Assembly: GCA_001872725.1 (NCBI GenBank)
Contig: MNWR01000081.1
Location: 33,849 to 97,848, forward strand
Source of the DNA: Proteobacteria bacterium CG1_02_64_396
GTDB lineage: Bacteria; Pseudomonadota; MNWR01; CG1-02-64-396
Length of the DNA stretch: 64,000 nt
Direction: 5' to 3'
Shown here in pieces: positions 9,076 to 19,523 of the stretch; the stretch's first letter is position 1; every line of letters starts with the position of its first letter. Below the pieces are notes generated by a model. That model did not search any database and was not told the DNA's origin. It worked only from the letters and a program-made list of their open reading frames with translations. Made by a program: the position numbers and the translations under genes.

Positions 9076-10366
9076 AGACACCCCCGCGTTGCGGACTCGG
9101 ATGGCCCAGGCGATGCGCGACTGGGGCTGGAAGGTACGCTCGTACGAAAACCTAGGGGAGGCCGACTTTCGCGATAGTCCCGACGCGGTGGTCACCGACC
9201 GTTTTCTGCTCGACGGCGATGCGGTAGCGGCGATCCCCAAATGGCGGGCCAAGGGGTTTGAGGGGCCGATTGTGATGATGACCGGTCAGGCCGACATCGA
9301 GGCGGCGGTGGCGGCGATGCGGGCCGGAGCCGACGACTTCGTGGCCAAACCGGTCGCCCCCGAGGAGATCCGCCAGCGGGTCGAGAGTTTGCTGGGCGCA
9401 AGGCAGTCGGGGAGCGAGAAGCAGGAGAGCAAGAGAACTGAGGAGGGGGTCTGGGAGGCGCCGCTGGCCAAGATGGCCTATCAGCAGCTCTGCCAGTTGG
9501 CTCCACTGCCTGTTCCGGTACTGCTGCAAGGGCCGACCGGCAGCGGAAAAGAGGTCGCCTCCCGGATTTTGCACCAACGCAGCGGACGCAACGGCCCTCT
9601 GGTGGCCATCAACTGCGCCGCAATGCCCGAAGCGTTGTTGGAATCGGAGCTTTTTGGCCACCGTAAGGGGGCCTTCACCGGCGCCGAGCGCGATTCGATT
9701 GGGCTGATCGGCGAGGCGGCGGGGGGGACGCTACTGCTCGATGAGATCGGCGAGATGCCGCTGGCGCTACAAGCCAAACTGCTGCGGGTGTTGGAGGACG
9801 GTACCTACCGCCCGGTGGGTGGGGGCGGGGAGCGGCAGGCCGACGTGCGCTGGGTGCTGGCGACCCACCGAGATTTGCAAGAGGGGGCGGTTGAGGGGCG
9901 CTTCCGGCAAGATCTTTACTTTCGCATCGCCTCGTTCCCGGTGCGTCTTCCCCCCCTACGCGACCGGCTGGTCGACCTGCCCATTCTGGCCCGCCATCTG
10001 TTGCAGCAGGCGGCCCAGCGTTTTGCCCGCCCCGCCCCCCCCCTTGAGGAGGGGGTGCTGGCCGCCCTGAACCACTACGACTGGCCCGGCAATGTGCGCG
10101 AACTGCGCAACGTCATGGAGCGCTTGGTCGTCATGACCCCCCCCAACACCGCACCCGATCCCGTGATGCTGGGGATCCCCCTGCCCGATCCCCGTTCCCC
10201 CGCCATCCGGGTGGGTGGACTCAAGGCGGCCGAGCAGGAGGCGGAGCGCCAAGCGATTCAGGCGGCCCTTGATCGGGCCGGTGGCAACAAAGCCGAGGCG
10301 GCCCGAGTTCTCGGCATCGGCTACAAAACCCTCTTCAATAAGATGAAGCAGTTGGGGATGCGCTAA
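9056..10366 (+). CDS. Sigma-54-dependent response regulator (NtrC family)
   Basis: Receiver domain starting MRVLLFEDT; AAA+ sigma-54 interaction domain (VLLQGPTGSGKEVASR; ESELFGH; GAFTGA); C-terminal Fis-type HTH (AARVLGIGYKTLFNKMKQ). Start overlaps the kinase stop by 20 nt. Confidence 0.85.
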   Translation: MRVLLFEDTPALRTRMAQAMRDWGWKVRSYENLGEADFRDSPDAVVTDRFLLDGDAVAAIPKWRAKGFEGPIVMMTGQADIEAAVAAMRAGADDFVAKPVAPEEIRQRVESLLGARQSGSEKQESKRTEEGVWEAPLAKMAYQQLCQLAPLPVPVLLQGPTGSGKEVASRILHQRSGRNGPLVAINCAAMPEALLESELFGHRKGAFTGAERDSIGLIGEAAGGTLLLDEIGEMPLALQAKLLRVLEDGTYRPVGGGGERQADVRWVLATHRDLQEGAVEGRFRQDLYFRIASFPVRLPPLRDRLVDLPILARHLLQQAAQRFARPAPPLEEGVLAALNHYDWPGNVRELRNVMERLVVMTPPNTAPDPVMLGIPLPDPRSPAIRVGGLKAAEQEAERQAIQAALDRAGGNKAEAARVLGIGYKTLFNKMKQLGMR

Positions 10367-10393
10367 AGTCCTCAGCGGCCTGATTTTCCCCTC

Positions 10394-13300
10394 TCAACCT
10401 TCCCCCTGAGTGCCCGCCTCTTGATCGCCCGGCGGTACCGGCGCGATGTAGCCGATCAGTAGCAGCAAAACCCCCACCCCGATGAACGAAACAATTCGCG
10501 CCACCGTGCCGGTATTGGCCATGTCGACCACAAAAAGCTTAAGGACCACCATCCCGAGCAGCGTGGCGCCAACGCTCCATTGCCAGCGGATGGCCCGACG
10601 GGTGGCGAAGAGCATCAAAGCCAGGGCGCTGACGCTCCACAGCAGCGACAGCGCCGATTGCACCAGGATCGAGTGCCACAAGGGTTGAAAAGCAAAGGGG
10701 ATGTCGCCCCAGTGATGGACGCTGCGCACCACCACCGCGTTGAGCCAACCAAACCCGAGCACCGCCACAACCATCGCCCCATGGGGCCAAGGGGTCTCAT
10801 CTTGCTGCGGCATGGCCCGCCACCAAGCCAGCAGGGCGGCAAGGATCGCCACTTGGGTTAGATCCAACGGGTTGAGCAGCGGCAGATAGGGCAAGGGGGA
10901 GGGATCGCCGGGGTGGTTGATCCAGCTCGACAGACTCCAGAGCAGTCCAAGGATGGCCCAGAGAAGGGGGGCATGAACCTGATAGGTGGTGTGATGGCGG
11001 TTGAGCGGCCAGGGGAGCCAACGACGCAGTAAAGCGGGCAGGGCGATCCCCAAGGCCAGCGGCATCCCCCATCCGGCTCCTTGCCAACCGTCGCCCCAAC
11101 CGGTCCGCTCGATCTGCCAGTGCCATTCCCAGGCGATCAGCACCAGGGCGACGGTATAGCCGGTCAGGTGCCGCAACGGGGTTTGCCATGCCGTCTCTTC
11201 ACGTTCTTGGCGTAGGGCCACGTCGTACAGACTGACCAGGGCGAGCAGCCAGCCCCCCCAGCTCCAGGCGCTGCCAGGGTGGCCGCCGCCTGCGGCCATA
11301 TCCACCAGACCCCAAGCTAGGATCGGGAGCAACAGCAGGGTGGCGCGGCGCAGCGAGGGCCACGACAGGATTTGCCCCCCCCTCTCGAACAACCAGGTCG
11401 CCACGGCGATCCCCCCCACCAAGGCGCCGGGACGCGCCTCGGGGCTCAACCATTGGCTACACAGGCCATACCAGGCGCTCACCCCCACCGCCAGCGACCA
11501 CATCAATGCGGCATCGGCCAGGGGCGCTTTGGCTGTATCCCCTTGCTCGCGCAGTCGGAAGCGCAGGTAGGCGGCAACCCATCCCAGCGCGCTCCACCCC
11601 AGTGCCCACCCCTCGTGAACATGGGTCAGACACCACAGCGCCTCCCAACTGGCCAGTACCACCATGGCCAGCCAGCCGATGGCGCCGCGCAAATCCAAAA
11701 ATCCCTCCTCAGCAAGGTCGTGTTGGCGATGCAAGATCCAAAAGTGGATCGCCAACGCCACAGGCCAGACCACCCACCCCCCCCAATCCAGGGGGTGGGT
11801 GTCGCCGACCACCGCCACCCGAATGGCGCCCAAGAGGGTCAACAACACCACGAGGGTGTGCAGATGGGTGGTCCGGCGCAGTCCCGCCCAATCGAGACGC
11901 TGGGCCAGCCACTGGCTGGCTGCGAAGAGCAGACTACTCCAGGCCAGCGTGGCGGCAGGGAGGTAGTCGTGGGGGAGGATCCCCTGCCAAATCAGATGGA
12001 GCCCGCCGAGCAACCACCAGGCTGCGGCCCAGAAGCTGGTCGAGGTCGAAAGGATGTCGGGGGGGGCAAAATCGGAGTCGAGCTGGTCGCGGTAGCGGTG
12101 GTAGAGCCAACCGGTGAGCCAACCGGCCAGGGCAATAAAGCTGCAACCGAGGATGAAATCGTTGAAGAAGGGGTTGGATTCGTCGTAGCTGCCATGCAGG
12201 TGCAGAAAATAACCCGCAGCCCCCCCTTGCAGGAGCATGCCGAAGCCTCTGGCCAGGGGGCGGTTTTGCCGGATCCCGAGCCAAACCACCCCCGCCCCCT
12301 CCAGCGTCCATAGGGCGAAGGTGGGGTAGCCCTCGAAGGCGAAATAGAAGGCCAGGGTGGTGAAGGCGATGGCTAGGGCCAGCTCGCTTTCGGCCAGCAG
12401 CCGCAGCGTTTCGCGGCGCAGCAGCGCCAGCCCCAACCCCAGGTAGAGCAGTGCGGCTCCCGCCGCGCTCCAGGCCAGGGGACGCCCCTCCATCCCCTGT
12501 ACCAATCCCGCTTGCAGAGCCGCCACCGCCAAAGGGGTGCCGAACACCAACAGGCCGTCGACCCACCCCTTGAGCTCGGGAGGCTGACGCTGGGCAAACA
12601 GGATCGGAATGGCCAGATAGATGGCAAAATAGCCGATCAGGAACGGCTCCACGGTGGCAAAGTGTTCGGGACGGTACGAAAACCACCCCCAGGTCAGCGC
12701 CACGACGAAGGTGAAGAAAAAGCCGACCAGATTCAGCGCCCGCCACGACTTGAACCAGCTGACCCCCAGAATGACCAGATTGAGCAGGGTGTAATACGAG
12801 AAAAGCAGGATGTGGGTGCCGCTGCCGGTAGCGGCCAGGATCGGGGCTAGGAAGGCGCCGATCAGCCCTAGGACCGCCAGGGAGGGGGCATCCTGACGCA
12901 CCGCGAGCACCAGGGTGACCACCCCCAACGCCATGAATAGAGCAAAGGCGGCGGTGGGGCCGATCAGGATGAAGGTTTTCAGGGCGAAGTAGACATCGAG
13001 GTAAGCCAGCCCCACCCCGCCCCCTTGCAGAATCAACCCGTACAGCCGACGCCCCGCCAGCATCCGGGCTCCCCCCACCCACATGCCGACCGCAACAACC
13101 CCCACTCCGAGCAGGCGGCTCCAGGGGGGGAGGACGGCGTGGTCATAGGCGTACTTGAGCAGGAAGCCGACCCCGAAAAAGAGGATCACCACCCCCAACT
13201 TGGCCACCAGGTTTTCGCTGAGCCAGCGCGCCCAAACCGACGTCCAGCTTTCGGTGGGGGGTGTCGGCGGTTTCTGTTGGAAGGACGGGGGCGGGGTGGG

Positions 13301-13786
13301 GGTGCGCTCCTGCGGTTTGGGTGCGGTTGCGACCGGCGAAGGGGCGACCGGCGAAGGGGCGACCGGCGAAGGGGCGGGGCGGGGATCCGCCTGGCGGATG
13401 CGCGGATCGCTCGCCATGGCGGCGGTTTGCCGAGCCGGGGTTGAAGCAGTGGTACGGGGCGGCAGGGTGGAGGAGGGCGCCGCCGCCCCCCCCTCCTCTT
13501 CGACCTTGAGTCCCAAACGGGCCCGCTCCAGCCGTTCGATCCGTTTGTGGGCCTGTTCCAGCGCCCATTCCAGATGGGTCACCCGTTCCTCAAGGGTGGA
13601 GGGGGTCGATGTCGGCGAAGTGGCAAGAGGCCAGGAAACCGGGGTTGACGGAGTCTTTTCGTCCTCCCGGCCAGGGTCGAGCAAATAGGCGATGACCCAT
13701 CCCAGGAAAGCCCCGAGCAGGAGCCCAACGAGGCCCGCGACCAATAGCCCCAGTACACCACCACCCAGCGTCCACCCGATCTTCAT
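10394..13786 (-). CDS. Large polytopic membrane protein, DUF2339-like (N-terminal TM, coiled coil, Pro-rich linker, about 24 TM helices)
   Basis: ATG at complement of 13784-13786 with AGGAG 7 nt upstream. MKIGWTLGGGVLGLLVAGLV TM, coiled coil LEERVTHLEWALEQAHKRIERLERARL, PSPVA repeats, then an about 900-aa multi-TM body. Family assignment from architecture only. Confidence 0.65.
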   Translation of the reverse strand: MKIGWTLGGGVLGLLVAGLVGLLLGAFLGWVIAYLLDPGREDEKTPSTPVSWPLATSPTSTPSTLEERVTHLEWALEQAHKRIERLERARLGLKVEEEGGAAAPSSTLPPRTTASTPARQTAAMASDPRIRQADPRPAPSPVAPSPVAPSPVATAPKPQERTPTPPPSFQQKPPTPPTESWTSVWARWLSENLVAKLGVVILFFGVGFLLKYAYDHAVLPPWSRLLGVGVVAVGMWVGGARMLAGRRLYGLILQGGGVGLAYLDVYFALKTFILIGPTAAFALFMALGVVTLVLAVRQDAPSLAVLGLIGAFLAPILAATGSGTHILLFSYYTLLNLVILGVSWFKSWRALNLVGFFFTFVVALTWGWFSYRPEHFATVEPFLIGYFAIYLAIPILFAQRQPPELKGWVDGLLVFGTPLAVAALQAGLVQGMEGRPLAWSAAGAALLYLGLGLALLRRETLRLLAESELALAIAFTTLAFYFAFEGYPTFALWTLEGAGVVWLGIRQNRPLARGFGMLLQGGAAGYFLHLHGSYDESNPFFNDFILGCSFIALAGWLTGWLYHRYRDQLDSDFAPPDILSTSTSFWAAAWWLLGGLHLIWQGILPHDYLPAATLAWSSLLFAASQWLAQRLDWAGLRRTTHLHTLVVLLTLLGAIRVAVVGDTHPLDWGGWVVWPVALAIHFWILHRQHDLAEEGFLDLRGAIGWLAMVVLASWEALWCLTHVHEGWALGWSALGWVAAYLRFRLREQGDTAKAPLADAALMWSLAVGVSAWYGLCSQWLSPEARPGALVGGIAVATWLFERGGQILSWPSLRRATLLLLPILAWGLVDMAAGGGHPGSAWSWGGWLLALVSLYDVALRQEREETAWQTPLRHLTGYTVALVLIAWEWHWQIERTGWGDGWQGAGWGMPLALGIALPALLRRWLPWPLNRHHTTYQVHAPLLWAILGLLWSLSSWINHPGDPSPLPYLPLLNPLDLTQVAILAALLAWWRAMPQQDETPWPHGAMVVAVLGFGWLNAVVVRSVHHWGDIPFAFQPLWHSILVQSALSLLWSVSALALMLFATRRAIRWQWSVGATLLGMVVLKLFVVDMANTGTVARIVSFIGVGVLLLLIGYIAPVPPGDQEAGTQGEG
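13329..13373. repeat. 15-bp perfect tandem repeat x3 (GCGACCGGCGAAGGG), in-frame inside the DUF2339-like gene, encoding (PSPVA)3
   Basis: Three contiguous identical 15-mers read directly in the sequence. Minus-strand translation shows PSPVAPSPVAPSPVA. Confidence 0.85.
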
Positions 13787-14006
13787 GATCGACTCCTTGA
13801 AATTGTCTTGAGGCCGAAGCAGCCGCCCCCGCGATCTTGGGGGGTGACCTGATTCGGGGCAATGCAATGGCAGCACTCGTCACCGGCCCTTACCAAAGGG
13901 GATGCTCTTGGCTAGAATCCCGCCCCTTTTGTGCATTAGGCCCGGGGTCTCGACTTCGGACGATTAGCCTCGCCGCGACATACATTTATCTTTGGAGTGG
14001 ACATCC

Positions 14007-15179
14007 ATGAGCCAGGGTAACTTCCTCTTTACCTCCGAATCGGTTACCGAAGGCCACCCCGACAAGGTTGCCGACCGAATCTCCGATTCGATTCTGGACG
14101 CCATTCTTGCCCAAGATCCCTACGGGCGGGTCGCCTGCGAAACCCTGGTGACCACGGGTCTGGTGGTGGTGGCCGGTGAGATCACCACCAAGGCCAACAT
14201 CGATTATCCCGCCATCGCCCGCCAGGCAGTGAAGGAGATCGGCTACAACTCTTCGGCCATGGGGTTCGATTGGGAGTCGTGCGGGGTGTTGGTCACGATC
14301 GATAAACAGTCGCCCGACATTGCCCAGGGGGTGAACGAGGGGCAGGGGCTCGATCCCGACATGGGGGCGGGCGACCAGGGGTTGATGTTCGGTTATGCCA
14401 GCAACGAGACCGAAACCCTGATGCCGGCGCCGATCTATTACGCCCACCGTCTAGCCGAGCGGCAGGCGCGGGTCCGTCACGATGGCACCGTCCCCTTCTT
14501 CCGTCCCGACGCCAAAACTCAGGTCACCTTCCGCTACGAAAACCACAAGCCGGTGGCGATCGACACCATCGTCGTCTCGACCCAGCACACCCCCGAGGCG
14601 ACCCACGCCCAGGTCAAAGAGGCGGTGATGGAAGAGGTCGTCAAACCGGTGCTGGGCGAAACCGGCTTTTTGCACGCCGATACCGAGTACTACATCAACC
14701 CGACCGGGCGGTTTGTTATCGGCGGCCCCGTGGGCGACTGCGGCGTCACCGGTCGTAAGATCATCGTCGATACCTACGGCGGGTTCGGCCACCACGGCGG
14801 CGGCGCCTTCTCGGGCAAGGATCCCACCAAGGTCGACCGCTCGGCCTGCTACATGGCCCGTTATGTGGCCAAAAACATCGTCGCCGCCGGGCTGGCCGAC
14901 CGCTGCGAGGTTCAGGTCGCCTACGCCATCGGGGTCGCCAAGCCGCTGTCGGTCATGGTCAACACCTTCGGCACCGGCAAGATCGACGAAGCCCGTCTTG
15001 CTCAGATCGTGCGCGAGGAGTTCGACCTGCGTCCCAAGGGGCTGATCATGGCGCTCGATCTGCTGCGCCCGATCTACAGGCAGACCTCCTCCTATGGACA
15101 CTTCGGCCGCGAGCTGGCCGATTTCACCTGGGAAAAAACCGACCGGATCGCCTCGCTGCGCAGCCGGGCCGGACTCTGA
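14007..15179 (+). CDS. metK: S-adenosylmethionine synthetase
   Basis: [39 protein letters not shown] motifs. ATG at 14007 with GGAG 10 nt upstream; the track ORF starts 15 nt earlier. Confidence 0.9.
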   Translation: MSQGNFLFTSESVTEGHPDKVADRISDSILDAILAQDPYGRVACETLVTTGLVVVAGEITTKANIDYPAIARQAVKEIGYNSSAMGFDWESCGVLVTIDKQSPDIAQGVNEGQGLDPDMGAGDQGLMFGYASNETETLMPAPIYYAHRLAERQARVRHDGTVPFFRPDAKTQVTFRYENHKPVAIDTIVVSTQHTPEATHAQVKEAVMEEVVKPVLGETGFLHADTEYYINPTGRFVIGGPVGDCGVTGRKIIVDTYGGFGHHGGGAFSGKDPTKVDRSACYMARYVAKNIVAAGLADRCEVQVAYAIGVAKPLSVMVNTFGTGKIDEARLAQIVREEFDLRPKGLIMALDLLRPIYRQTSSYGHFGRELADFTWEKTDRIASLRSRAGL

Positions 15180-15195
15180 TCCACGTTTGAGATTT

Positions 15196-15285
15196 TCCCC
15201 GGCGAGGGGCGTTGCGACGGCGGGATCTCCCGCTGCCAGGCTCGCCGGGGACCCATCCTTGTTGCAACGGCGCCCGCCAACCGAA
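15196..15285 (+). promoter_or_regulatory. Candidate SAH riboswitch in the metK-ahcY intergenic region
   Basis: Blocks GGCGAGGGGCGUUGCGAC ... CCAGGCUCGCC ... GCAACGGCGCCCGCC resemble the SAH-riboswitch consensus as recalled. Complementary pairs GGCGAG/CUCGCC and GUUGC/GCAAC, and an inner hairpin GCGGGA-UCUCCCGC. It ends just before the ahcY SD GAGGAG. Confidence 0.55.
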
Positions 15286-15297
15286 GAGGAGCATGCC

Positions 15298-16701
<1,404 letters not shown>

Positions 16702-16731
16702 GCCTAAGCCCGGTGATGATGTCGCCATTAA

Positions 16732-16761
16732 GGGCGGGTCTTCGGACCCGCCCTTTTGTTG
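16732..16761 (+). terminator. Rho-independent terminator after ahcY
   Basis: GGGCGGGTC-TTCG-GACCCGCCC stem-loop followed by TTTTGTTG. Confidence 0.75.
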
Positions 16762-16932
16762 TCGGCTGAGGGTCTGCTTCTCCGGGTTGGTAAGGTAGAT
16801 GTTGTTGTAGGGTGGATAAGCGCAGCGCATCCACCTTTTCCCTATATGGCTGCCCACCCCTGTTTTGGTGAATGCACCGTGTTGATCCACCCTATGCCAA
16901 ACCACGTTCCGCCATCTTTTTTAGGGGGTTTC

Positions 16933-18054
16933 ATGAACTGCCGCCAATTGCGCGACGACACCGTCCCCGAATCGATTCCGGCCTCCTCCCGAGCTATGGA
17001 GGTCATGCGGCAAACCGTCTCCCTGATCCACCGCCTTTCGACCCTGCCCGAATACCGCAGCGAGATTGAGCCACTGCTGCCCGAGGTGGCTCGATTCGAT
17101 CCCGGACACCACTCGGCGATGATGGGGTACGACTTCCACCTCGACGCAGACGACCCCGAGGGGGGGATGCCGACCCTGATTGAGGTCAACACCAACGCCG
17201 GCGGCATGCTCTACCTCAGCCGCTGCCTCCCCCCAGAAGGGTGGCGCGACGGACCGGTGGCGGCGATGTTCGAGCAAGAATGGGATTTATGGCGGCGGGG
17301 CCGGGGGGGGGTGTCCGGGCGTCCCGGCCTGATCGCCATCGTCGACGAGGCCCCCGAGGGGCAGTTTCTCTACCCCGAGATGCGACTGTTTCAAGCGATG
17401 TTCGAGGCGGCGGGGATTGCGACACTGATCCTGGCACCCGAGGCAATCCAAGGGGGGGCAGGGGGGCTGATCGCCCCCGACGGACGGCTTATCGACCTGA
17501 TTTACAACCGTCATACCGATTTCTATTTAGAGGAGCCGGTGATGGCGGCGATCCGGACCGCCTACCTGAATGGAGAGGTCTGCCTGACCCCAAATCCCCG
17601 AACCTATGGTTTGATCGGCGACAAGGGTCGGTTTGCTGTGTGGCGGCAAGAGGGGTTCTTGGAGGGGCTGGGCTTTACAGAGGAGGAGGGGGCGCAGCTG
17701 CGCGGGGTGATCCCCGAAACCCGATTGCTCGACGAGAGTGATCCCGAGTGGGTCTGGCAAAACCGCAACCGCTTGGTCTTCAAACCGGCGGCCCGCTTTG
17801 GCAGTCGGGGGGTCTACATGGGGCGTTCGATCTCCCGCAAAAAACTCGAAAGCCTGAGTGGTCAGAACTACTTGGCCCAACGGCTGGCCCCCCCCCACCG
17901 AGTGGCGCCTCTGAACGGGGGGGACCCCTTCAAGGCCGATGTGCGACTGGTGGCCTATCAAGACCAAGTGCTGGCGACCATGGGAAGGTTGTATCGGGGG
18001 CAGGTGACTGGATTCGGGCAGGGGGGAGGGTTCGTCTGGGTTCAGGCGTTGTAA
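16933..18054 (+). CDS. ATP-grasp superfamily ligase, glutathionylspermidine-synthetase-like (YgiC/YjfC-type) / circularly permuted ATP-grasp
   Basis: ATG at 16933 with AGGGGG upstream. Motifs DLIYNRHTDFYL, CLTPNPRTYGLIGDKGRFAVW, KPAARFGSRGVYMG, ADVRLVAYQDQVL match GSP-synthase-type ATP-grasp signatures. Family-level call only. Confidence 0.5.
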   Translation: MNCRQLRDDTVPESIPASSRAMEVMRQTVSLIHRLSTLPEYRSEIEPLLPEVARFDPGHHSAMMGYDFHLDADDPEGGMPTLIEVNTNAGGMLYLSRCLPPEGWRDGPVAAMFEQEWDLWRRGRGGVSGRPGLIAIVDEAPEGQFLYPEMRLFQAMFEAAGIATLILAPEAIQGGAGGLIAPDGRLIDLIYNRHTDFYLEEPVMAAIRTAYLNGEVCLTPNPRTYGLIGDKGRFAVWRQEGFLEGLGFTEEEGAQLRGVIPETRLLDESDPEWVWQNRNRLVFKPAARFGSRGVYMGRSISRKKLESLSGQNYLAQRLAPPHRVAPLNGGDPFKADVRLVAYQDQVLATMGRLYRGQVTGFGQGGGFVWVQAL

Positions 18055-18084
18055 CCCCCCACAGGGTGGTCCCACCCGATGGAG

Positions 18085-18270
18085 CCCGGATTTTTCATCA
18101 ATATTGTTCTGCCCTGGCTTGTTTCTCGCCTCAAGGCGCCTACTTATTGGTGTCCGCACTGGGGATTTTGCAAAAACAGTCCGTATGAACGACGACGCTC
18201 CGTTTTTGCAAAATCCCCAGTGCGAACAAGCTCCTACGCGATCATCGGGCAAATTGATGAAAAATCCGGG
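18085..18270. repeat. 186-bp nested palindromic element in a convergent intergenic region
   Basis: Outer arms CCCGGATTTTTCATCAAT (18085-18102) and ATTGATGAAAAATCCGGG (18253-18270). Inner perfect 23-bp arms CGCACTGGGGATTTTGCAAAAAC (18155-18177) and GTTTTTGCAAAATCCCCAGTGCG (18202-18224) around a 24-nt loop. Mirrored peptide fragments appear in ORFs on both strands. Confidence 0.7.
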
Positions 18271-18891
18271 TTAGATCGTGGTAATGCCGACCTCTGCGTC
18301 GGCCCTGGCGGTGACCTCGTTGAGTGCCGCCGCCACCCTGGCTTTGGCCTGCTCTTTTGAAAGCCCCCCGAGATCGACCGGATCCCCCCAAACAAAGACC
18401 CCGCGACCGAAGGGGAGCGGCAGGAAGTGACGATCCCAAGAGCGCAACTGGCGAAAGCGACTGGTGGCGAAGGCGAAGGGGACAATCGGTAACTTGTAGC
18501 GTTGGGCAATCTCGACCGCCCCCTGGGCCACGGAGCGACGTGGACCGCGAGGGCCGTCGGGGGTGATCCCGAGGGAAACCCCCTCTTGAGCCGAACGCAG
18601 CAACCCTCGAATCGCCCCGGCAGACCCCTTGCTCCCCGACCCTCTAATCGCCTCGATGCCGAAACGGTGGAAAAAGGTCGAGACGATCTCGCCATCGCGG
18701 CTGTTGCTGATGACGCAGTGGGTGGGGCGGCGCGGTGCGAAAAGGGGGAACAGGCTCAACCGCTCGTGCCAAGCGACGATGACAACCTGACCTTCGGGAG
18801 GGGCGCCGAGTATCCGCCAGCGCACGGTGTGGCGAATCAGCCAGACATACAGGGCGATTAGCCGGGCTGTGGTGCCGGGTGATAGGGTCAT
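18271..18891 (-). CDS. DUF374-family lysophospholipid acyltransferase-like protein (paralog 2)
   Basis: 206 aa. Conserved with the upstream paralog (AWHERLSL...ISNSRDGE...GSGSKGSAGAIRGLL...GITPDGPRGPRR...LPFGRGVFVWG), the family usually linked to kdtA/msbA. Confidence 0.65.
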   Translation of the reverse strand: MTLSPGTTARLIALYVWLIRHTVRWRILGAPPEGQVVIVAWHERLSLFPLFAPRRPTHCVISNSRDGEIVSTFFHRFGIEAIRGSGSKGSAGAIRGLLRSAQEGVSLGITPDGPRGPRRSVAQGAVEIAQRYKLPIVPFAFATSRFRQLRSWDRHFLPLPFGRGVFVWGDPVDLGGLSKEQAKARVAAALNEVTARADAEVGITTI

Positions 18892-18899
18892 GGAGGCGG

Positions 18900-19523
18900 C
18901 TAGATGGTGACGATGCCGACCGCCGCGTCGGCCTGGGCGGTGGTTTCGTTCAGCGCCTGGGTCACCTTGGCTTGGGCCTCCTCCTTACTCAGCCCATCCA
19001 GATCGACCGCTTCCCCCCAGACAAACACCCCGCGACCGAAGGGTAGCGGGACGAAGTGGCGATCCCACGCCTTGGTCACCTGCCTGAAACGGCTGGTGGC
19101 ATAGGCCATGGGAACCACCGGGATGTGGTATCGCATCGCCACCTCAAGGGTCCCCTGGGCCATTTGACGCCGCGGTCCGGTTGGGCCGTCGGGGGTAATA
19201 CCCAGGCTGAACCCCTCCTGGGCCGCCTTGAGCAATCCCCGGAGTGCGCTGGCGCCACCTCGGTTGCCCGATCCCCGCACCGATTCGATGCCGAAACGAC
19301 GCATAAACAGAGTAACCAGCTCCCCATCTTTATGCTGGCTGACGATGCACTGGGTGGGGCGTTTGGGGGTGAAGAAGGGCCACAGCGAAAGCCGTTCGTG
19401 CCAAGCAACGATGATGGCCTGCCCCTCGGGTGGGGTGCCGGTGACCTGCCAGCGTTGGGTCTTGAAGGACAGCCAAAGGTAGGCGGCCAGCACCGTTTCG
19501 ATCACCCTGGGATGAATCTTCAT
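18900..19523 (-). CDS. DUF374-family lysophospholipid acyltransferase-like protein (paralog 1)
   Basis: 207 aa, roughly 60-65% identical to the 18271..18891 product by eye. Start overlaps the msbA stop (ATGA). Confidence 0.65.
   Translation of the reverse strand: MKIHPRVIETVLAAYLWLSFKTQRWQVTGTPPEGQAIIVAWHERLSLWPFFTPKRPTQCIVSQHKDGELVTLFMRRFGIESVRGSGNRGGASALRGLLKAAQEGFSLGITPDGPTGPRRQMAQGTLEVAMRYHIPVVPMAYATSRFRQVTKAWDRHFVPLPFGRGVFVWGEAVDLDGLSKEEAQAKVTQALNETTAQADAAVGIVTI

Noticed and set aside
13787-13900. Possible sigma-54 promoter (TGCCATTGCATTGCC) upstream of the DUF2339-like gene, adjacent to the NtrC-family regulator
   Set aside because: It lacks the invariant GG-N10-GC spacing of -24/-12 promoters.
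13877-14006. Possible SAM-responsive riboswitch upstream of metK
   Set aside because: I could not recognise SAM-I, SAM-II/V or SAM/SAH consensus features by eye, and no convincing stem set was seen. It might still be found by a covariance-model search.
16775-16930. Second hairpin (GGTGGAT-11nt-ATCCACC+TTTT) and ATCCACC...CTAT direct repeats upstream of the ATP-grasp gene
   Set aside because: The stem is short and the repeats degenerate. It is probably a back-up terminator or promoter context and is not distinctive enough to call.
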